Positions 58,640-64,000 of a stretch of 64,000 nt of DNA are shown here, in pieces (positions within the stretch are counted from its first letter, which is position 1; every line of letters begins with the position of its first letter). A program made the translations under genes and the position numbers. Origin of the DNA: a virus; the IMG/VR virus record IMGVR_UViG_3300034685_000168, positions 43,639 through 107,638 of that record; one strand, given 5' to 3'. The notes below the pieces were generated by a model. That model did no database searches, was not told the origin of the DNA, and saw only the letters and a list, made by a program, of their open reading frames with translations.

Positions 58640-58752
58640 AATTAGATTTCCTTGTCATTATTATATTGGTTAACTTATTATTTTATAATTGAGAATAAAA
58701 GTATTTTCATATATACAATGTTTAAATTAATTTTTTGAGGAGTATAAATACA

Positions 58753-59901
58753 ATGGTTGAGTCATATTATGATGAATATCAAAAATGGACAGGTGGTATC
58801 AGTAATATAATGAATATAGTAAAAGCGGCATCAAACAATATGTCGATTATTGATTATATTAAACCCTCTATTATTACTGGTACAATTTTACAAGATAGAA
58901 CTATAGAAGATAATGATATACTTTTTAATATAACCAATATGTATAATACGTATTATTGTGCTTGGTTATTTACAGCATTAAGACTAAATAATGTTATTGC
59001 TAATGGTGTAACAGTAAGAGATTTATTAGGAGTTGTTAGAACCAATAGTTTATTATTAGATGAATATGAAGATATAGATGATATAATTAATAATGAATTT
59101 TTAATGAATACTAAAATTAAAGATATAGATAATATTTATTTTCATGATGATAAAGAATCAGGAATGGGAATAGGATCTGATACTGGTGATAAAGTTAATA
59201 TTATTTCACACACACAAAGAAAGATTACATTAGAAATAAATGGAAATAAAATAACTATCCCTATGAATATTATGTTATTTCAGAGATTACTTGCACCATC
59301 GGTATTTGAACTATATTTAAATGCTAAAAGTAGACCAACATTAATGCAGAGATGGACTCAATTAAAAGTTGGACAAATAACTTGGATGGAATTTATATTC
59401 GATTTAGATTTGGTTAGGAAACATAAAAAAGCATTAAAAGAAGATGATACCAATTTTATTTATGAAACAATTTTAAAAGATGATAACAAATTAGCCAAAA
59501 CAGTTTTACCATTGATATTGGGTTCTTATGATACATTTACTGATAAAAATAATAAAGAATTTGATAGAGTGGCAGATGTTGGTAAATATTCAAGTGTAAA
59601 TAATATAACTAACATGGCTATTATGGATTCAAAAAGTTTTAAAAAAATATGTAAAACATTACATTGTAATTTTAAAAATAAATCCGATAGACAAAAGTTT
59701 CTATTAACAGGTAGATTATTAATGTTATCTGTTGTTGATGAAATGCATGAAGTAGTTGATGTATTTTATTGTGGGTTAGATGATTACTCTTCTTATAGTT
59801 TTTCTGCACTTAATAAACAATTTAGTAAAGCTGAAGGTAATAAATTTTCTCTCAAAGATGTTATGGCAGCTTTTGCTTCAGGTGCAGGACCAAGATTTTA
59901 A
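58753..59901 (+). CDS. Virion head protein (phiKZ gp89-like)
   Basis: RW.Q.K.GQI..FIF..DL motif; likely start ATG 58753 behind GAGGAG; synteny. Confidence 0.6.
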   Translation: MVESYYDEYQKWTGGISNIMNIVKAASNNMSIIDYIKPSIITGTILQDRTIEDNDILFNITNMYNTYYCAWLFTALRLNNVIANGVTVRDLLGVVRTNSLLLDEYEDIDDIINNEFLMNTKIKDIDNIYFHDDKESGMGIGSDTGDKVNIISHTQRKITLEINGNKITIPMNIMLFQRLLAPSVFELYLNAKSRPTLMQRWTQLKVGQITWMEFIFDLDLVRKHKKALKEDDTNFIYETILKDDNKLAKTVLPLILGSYDTFTDKNNKEFDRVADVGKYSSVNNITNMAIMDSKSFKKICKTLHCNFKNKSDRQKFLLTGRLLMLSVVDEMHEVVDVFYCGLDDYSSYSFSALNKQFSKAEGNKFSLKDVMAAFASGAGPRF

Positions 59902-59928
59902 AATATACATTAAAAGGATAAAATAATT

Positions 59929-60948
59929 ATGATTTCTTTCTCCGAGATAAAAAACTATGTCTCTAAATTTATTAGTTCTTCTACAGGATCTAGTATTATT
60001 AGTAAAAAAGATATTATTAAAATGTTAGATGCTAATAGAAGGGTTCATTCATACAACTATGATAGTTTAAGTTCTATTCCTGAAGAATATAGAAAAAATA
60101 TTAGTACAGTGTTATTTAATACTAAAAATAATAATAATCAATATATTAAGTTATATTTTGAATATATTAAAAATATTCCTTCTAAATATAGAAGAACAGA
60201 AGAACTTAAATTTTTCCAAACATTTATTGATATGCATAGAATATTTATTAAGTGTTATGACGATATTCTTAATAATATTGATAAATTAATAGAAGAAAAA
60301 GAAATAAATAAATATAATGCTAAAATTACATTTTTTCTAATTATGGGAATTATAGAACAGTCTAAAACATTTATAAATTTTTCTGAATATATGTTTTCAG
60401 GATTATTAATTCCTATTACTGATTCATTCAGAGCTAGAATGAATGTTATAACAGGGACTAATTTAAAAGATCCCAAACCATATAGAATAAATTTTCTTAA
60501 TCAAAATATTAAAACAGTTACTAAACTTATAGAAGAAATTTATCCATTAGAAAATGTAGCTAATCCTATAGAGAAACTTGTAGAAAAAATAAAGAAGAAT
60601 AATCAGAACTTTAATATTATTAGTTCAGATGATAAAGATCAATCTATCTTACTTCAAGGTGAATTAATAGGATCATTATCTCTTTCTCTTGTAGGAGAAG
60701 GTATAAAAAATTTTGCTATATTTGGTTGGTTTGGTAAGACATGGGTTAACTTGGTTCATTATTATATTCAGATCGTTAAAAAAAGAAAAGAATATATGGA
60801 ATCTCAAGTTGCATATTTAATGGAACTCCAATCAGAAGAACAAGAAAATAGTGAAGAATTTAATAGGTTAGCTGAAATCATTAATAATTATAATGATAGA
60901 ATAGCTAAGGATGAAAAAACTATTAATGAATATTATGAATCTGAATAA
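59929..60948 (+). CDS. Virion head protein (phiKZ gp90-like)
   Basis: 339 aa with a C-terminal coiled coil; synteny. Confidence 0.55.
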   Translation: MISFSEIKNYVSKFISSSTGSSIISKKDIIKMLDANRRVHSYNYDSLSSIPEEYRKNISTVLFNTKNNNNQYIKLYFEYIKNIPSKYRRTEELKFFQTFIDMHRIFIKCYDDILNNIDKLIEEKEINKYNAKITFFLIMGIIEQSKTFINFSEYMFSGLLIPITDSFRARMNVITGTNLKDPKPYRINFLNQNIKTVTKLIEEIYPLENVANPIEKLVEKIKKNNQNFNIISSDDKDQSILLQGELIGSLSLSLVGEGIKNFAIFGWFGKTWVNLVHYYIQIVKKRKEYMESQVAYLMELQSEEQENSEEFNRLAEIINNYNDRIAKDEKTINEYYESE

Positions 60949-60969
60949 TCAAAAGGGATATTATTATTT

Positions 60970-61809
60970 ATGAAACTAAATACAAGAATAAGTTCTAATA
61001 GACCTAGAATGGGTTATTCTAAAACAGATGGTATGGATTATATCCATTGGTCTAAATTAAACTATACACATATAGTTGAATTCTTAAAAGAGATTAAATT
61101 ACCAGTTAATGAAGATACTGCTAAATTTATTTATTTTAATAACAATGAATTGAATGTTGATTTAGATAATAATTTCTGTATGAGATACAATAAAGATTCT
61201 TTTAATAAACACATAATAGAATGTATCATACAAAATTGTAGAATTATAATAGATACAATGGAGAATCTTTATATAACTAATGATAAAAACATTAAACCTA
61301 AAGTAACTAAATCTGCGTATGATATTTTAGATAAATTTTCAAAAACACAATATCCTAATAATACATTAATTAAAACAATCAATAGACAATTGATTTTTGA
61401 TAAATTAAATGAGAATATACATGATATACATATATCAAGTGGTATAATTTCTTGTTTAATTAATCATTGTAATAATAAAGTATATCAGTTAAATAGTCTA
61501 TTGAGTAATAATTTGGATATAAATAAATGTATGGTGGATATAACTGAATTTCTTTCATACGTAGAAATAATAGCTAATTTACTTCCTTTTTGTGGACATA
61601 TTAATGGTTTAGTAAGTAGACATACAGCAGGTCGTAATATATTACAAGAAAATGAAATAAATGTTTTATCTAAGTTAGATAAAGAAATCATTTTATATGC
61701 AATCACGACCAATAGTAAAATACCTGATTGTATAATATCTAAACATAAATATATGGCACCAAATAATCTAACCATTAAATATATTACATTAATGGGTGTT
61801 TCTCTTTAA
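60970..61809 (+). CDS. Hypothetical protein
   Basis: 279-aa ORF in the head operon. Confidence 0.65.
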   Translation: MKLNTRISSNRPRMGYSKTDGMDYIHWSKLNYTHIVEFLKEIKLPVNEDTAKFIYFNNNELNVDLDNNFCMRYNKDSFNKHIIECIIQNCRIIIDTMENLYITNDKNIKPKVTKSAYDILDKFSKTQYPNNTLIKTINRQLIFDKLNENIHDIHISSGIISCLINHCNNKVYQLNSLLSNNLDINKCMVDITEFLSYVEIIANLLPFCGHINGLVSRHTAGRNILQENEINVLSKLDKEIILYAITTNSKIPDCIISKHKYMAPNNLTIKYITLMGVSL

Positions 61810-61837
61810 AAAGAATTTAATAAAGGAAGATTAAATT

Positions 61838-62869
61838 ATGTTATCAGCAATATCAAAAATAAAAAGATTAAAAAATGATAATTTAGATAATTATTTAAAT
61901 AAAGAACAAGAATTATCATTAAAATTAGAAAAAGATATTAATAGTTTTTTAAGAAAACAAATTAAATTAGAAAATGATTTGAAAGAATTTAATGAATTAT
62001 ATGTATTCAGAAATGTTATTAATAAAAATATAAATAATAATAATCTTAGATATTTTGAAGAAAAAGGAATGGGAGTAATTTTACTTAATTATAAATATTC
62101 CTTTAAAGATTTTTATAATAATAAAGTTGATAAAGGTACTTTTATAAAAGTACTTAATAATGCTATAAGTGATTATATTAAAGATGGCGTCAAAGTGTTA
62201 TCTAAAGAAGTAAAAGATGTAGAAAAAAAGCTTAGTAATATTTTAGACACATTTAGTAGATTTATTGAGAATAAACTTAAAATAGTAGAAAAGATAAAAG
62301 AAAAAGATCTAACTGAGGTAGAGTGGGATAAAATAGTTGATACAAAAGAAGCTATAGCTTCTTCTGATGAAGTATCTAAATTTTATAAATCATTTACTAA
62401 TTTAGATTTTAATAAACTTACTAAAATTCTAAAAGAAGCTGTAGATGAAAATTCATTTAAATATGAAAATCTTGATAATTTTATAAAAATACTTTATAGT
62501 ATTGGATATTCTATAGATGAAGAAAATGATAAGCTTATTAAAAATACTGAAAAATATACCAATAAGACATTAGGGGAATTGGGTTATAATGATACTGCTA
62601 TTAAAAAATTAATACCTTTAACTGAAGAAGTATTAAAATTTTGTGAAAAACTTAATAATGATATATTAGGTAAAAAAATTGTAGAAGTGTTGGAAAAAGA
62701 AATAGAAGATTTATCTTCTAAAGAAGACATTAAAGCTATAGAATTTAAAAATAAAGAAAAAGCTTTAATAGAAGCATCGTCTAAAATGATGAAAGTTTTA
62801 ACTATTTTAATCAGTGAAATAAAAGATTATTTAACTATGACAACAACAGTGATCGGTAAAATAAAATAA
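61838..62869 (+). CDS. Internal head (inner-body-like) protein paralogue
   Basis: KTLGELGY motif and family resemblance to 62957 and 37914. Confidence 0.6.
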   Translation: MLSAISKIKRLKNDNLDNYLNKEQELSLKLEKDINSFLRKQIKLENDLKEFNELYVFRNVINKNINNNNLRYFEEKGMGVILLNYKYSFKDFYNNKVDKGTFIKVLNNAISDYIKDGVKVLSKEVKDVEKKLSNILDTFSRFIENKLKIVEKIKEKDLTEVEWDKIVDTKEAIASSDEVSKFYKSFTNLDFNKLTKILKEAVDENSFKYENLDNFIKILYSIGYSIDEENDKLIKNTEKYTNKTLGELGYNDTAIKKLIPLTEEVLKFCEKLNNDILGKKIVEVLEKEIEDLSSKEDIKAIEFKNKEKALIEASSKMMKVLTILISEIKDYLTMTTTVIGKIK

Positions 62870-62956
62870 ATTAATTACTATTATATAAGCCAATATCTTT
62901 TAATCATTTTTTTTTTATTATTTATCGATAAATAACAAATAGGAGTATTAATTACA

Positions 62957-64000
62957 ATGATAATGAACAATCTATTTAAAAAACTTAATGAAGAAAGTTC
63001 TCTTCCAATTAACATGTCTCTTGAAAAAGTAGAAAATCAGTTCTATGAAGCTTGGGATGGGATTATGAATTCTTGGAGAGAAATTGAATCTGATTCAGTT
63101 GAACTAGAAAAACTTGAATCGGATATTAGTGATCTTCAAGCATTTCTACATGCTATTAAAGGTGAGAAAATGGATACCGCTTCCATTAAATTCGCTAAAG
63201 CATGTAATTTCGATGTACTATTTAATGAATCAACTGTTTCTCTTCAGAGTTATATTGATGCACCAGAATCTGAAGAAACAAGAGAACAGATCCAGAATAC
63301 TATTGAAACTGGTATCGAAGCACTTCTTTATGGGACAGATTCTACTGTTAATCTTCATGCAGAAGGCGAAGCTGATAAAAAAGGTATTCTTGCTAAAGCA
63401 TGGGAAATGGTTAAGAAAATGTTTGCGGCTATTACAGAATGGCTTGGAAAAGTATTTTCTCAGAAGAAGAGATTCGAAGCTGCTGCTGATAAATACCTTG
63501 AAATATTTAAAGAAGGTAAAGTTGATTGGGCTGCTTTTGAAAAAGAAGAAGCAAATACATACCCAGCAGCAATGGTAATACCTAAATTGGATGCACAAGG
63601 TGATGCACTAATTAATTCTGTTGCAGATAAAATTAAATCTGTAGATGTTAGTCGTATTGGTGAAAATGTATTTGAAGCAGAAAAAGTTCTTGGAAATATT
63701 TCTAAAGAAATGGCTGCTCTAGGTTATGACGTTGATTATGGATCTCTAAAAGTTAGTAAGTCAGAAAAAGATAAAACTGAAAAGAAAACTTTTAAAGAAC
63801 ATGGATATTCAAGCTCTAATGTTCCTCAAATTGTTGCAAAAGTAAAAACCAATGTTGCACAACTTGGTAAGATTGAAGTAGCAGTTAAAAAAATGAATGT
63901 TACTTGTGAAGCTTTTATTAAAAATATTAAAATTGATAAAGCTGAAGGTTTTCAGAAAACTGTAAGTACAGCTCAGAAAATTGCTTCTTTTGGAAGTGCT
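62957..64000 (+). CDS. Internal head protein paralogue (partial; missing from the ORF track)
   Basis: Own translation MIMNNLFKKLNEESSLPINMSLEKVE...KKGILAKAWEMVKKMFAAITEWLGKVF...KTFKEHGY..., open to the window end; AGGAG RBS. Confidence 0.75.
   Translation, partial: MIMNNLFKKLNEESSLPINMSLEKVENQFYEAWDGIMNSWREIESDSVELEKLESDISDLQAFLHAIKGEKMDTASIKFAKACNFDVLFNESTVSLQSYIDAPESEETREQIQNTIETGIEALLYGTDSTVNLHAEGEADKKGILAKAWEMVKKMFAAITEWLGKVFSQKKRFEAAADKYLEIFKEGKVDWAAFEKEEANTYPAAMVIPKLDAQGDALINSVADKIKSVDVSRIGENVFEAEKVLGNISKEMAALGYDVDYGSLKVSKSEKDKTEKKTFKEHGYSSSNVPQIVAKVKTNVAQLGKIEVAVKKMNVTCEAFIKNIKIDKAEGFQKTVSTAQKIASFGSA

Noticed and set aside
2769-63598. Short overlapping or antisense ORFs in the track (e.g. 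2769, 12761, 14934, 17653, 35820, 47220, 49569, 63114, 63230)
   Set aside because: They are shadows of longer genuine genes, with no RBS and with composition typical of antisense frames.

Overview
This is a 64-kb segment of an extremely AT-rich jumbo myophage related to the phiKZ-like group. Family assignments come from motifs, size and synteny recalled from phiKZ, not from database searches. Head and packaging genes: large terminase, S80 prohead protease, a ClpP-like pair, portal, and a family of internal-head paralogues. Tail genes: tail sheath (apparently split into two genes, with an added Ig/FN3-like domain), tail tube and baseplate proteins. Transcription, replication and folding genes: three split multisubunit RNA polymerase subunits, a two-subunit type IIA topoisomerase, RNase HI, a family-B DNA polymerase and a GroEL-like chaperonin. 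Genes are punctuated by long-stem palindromic hairpins and phiKZ-type TATATTAC early promoters. The most notable unexplained features are: (1) a candidate programmed -1 frameshift at 50325 fusing two genes in the style of tail-assembly chaperones; (2) a 40.3-42.7 kb strand-switch region holding minigenes, a GC-rich structured ncRNA, an orphan gene, a 30-bp-period repeat array and AT-rich palindromes (candidate origin or RNA-protein module); (3) two structured, CU-loop small RNAs flanking RNase H; (4) the split, Ig-decorated sheath; (5) a possible shift in head-protease specificity from Glu to Asn/His.
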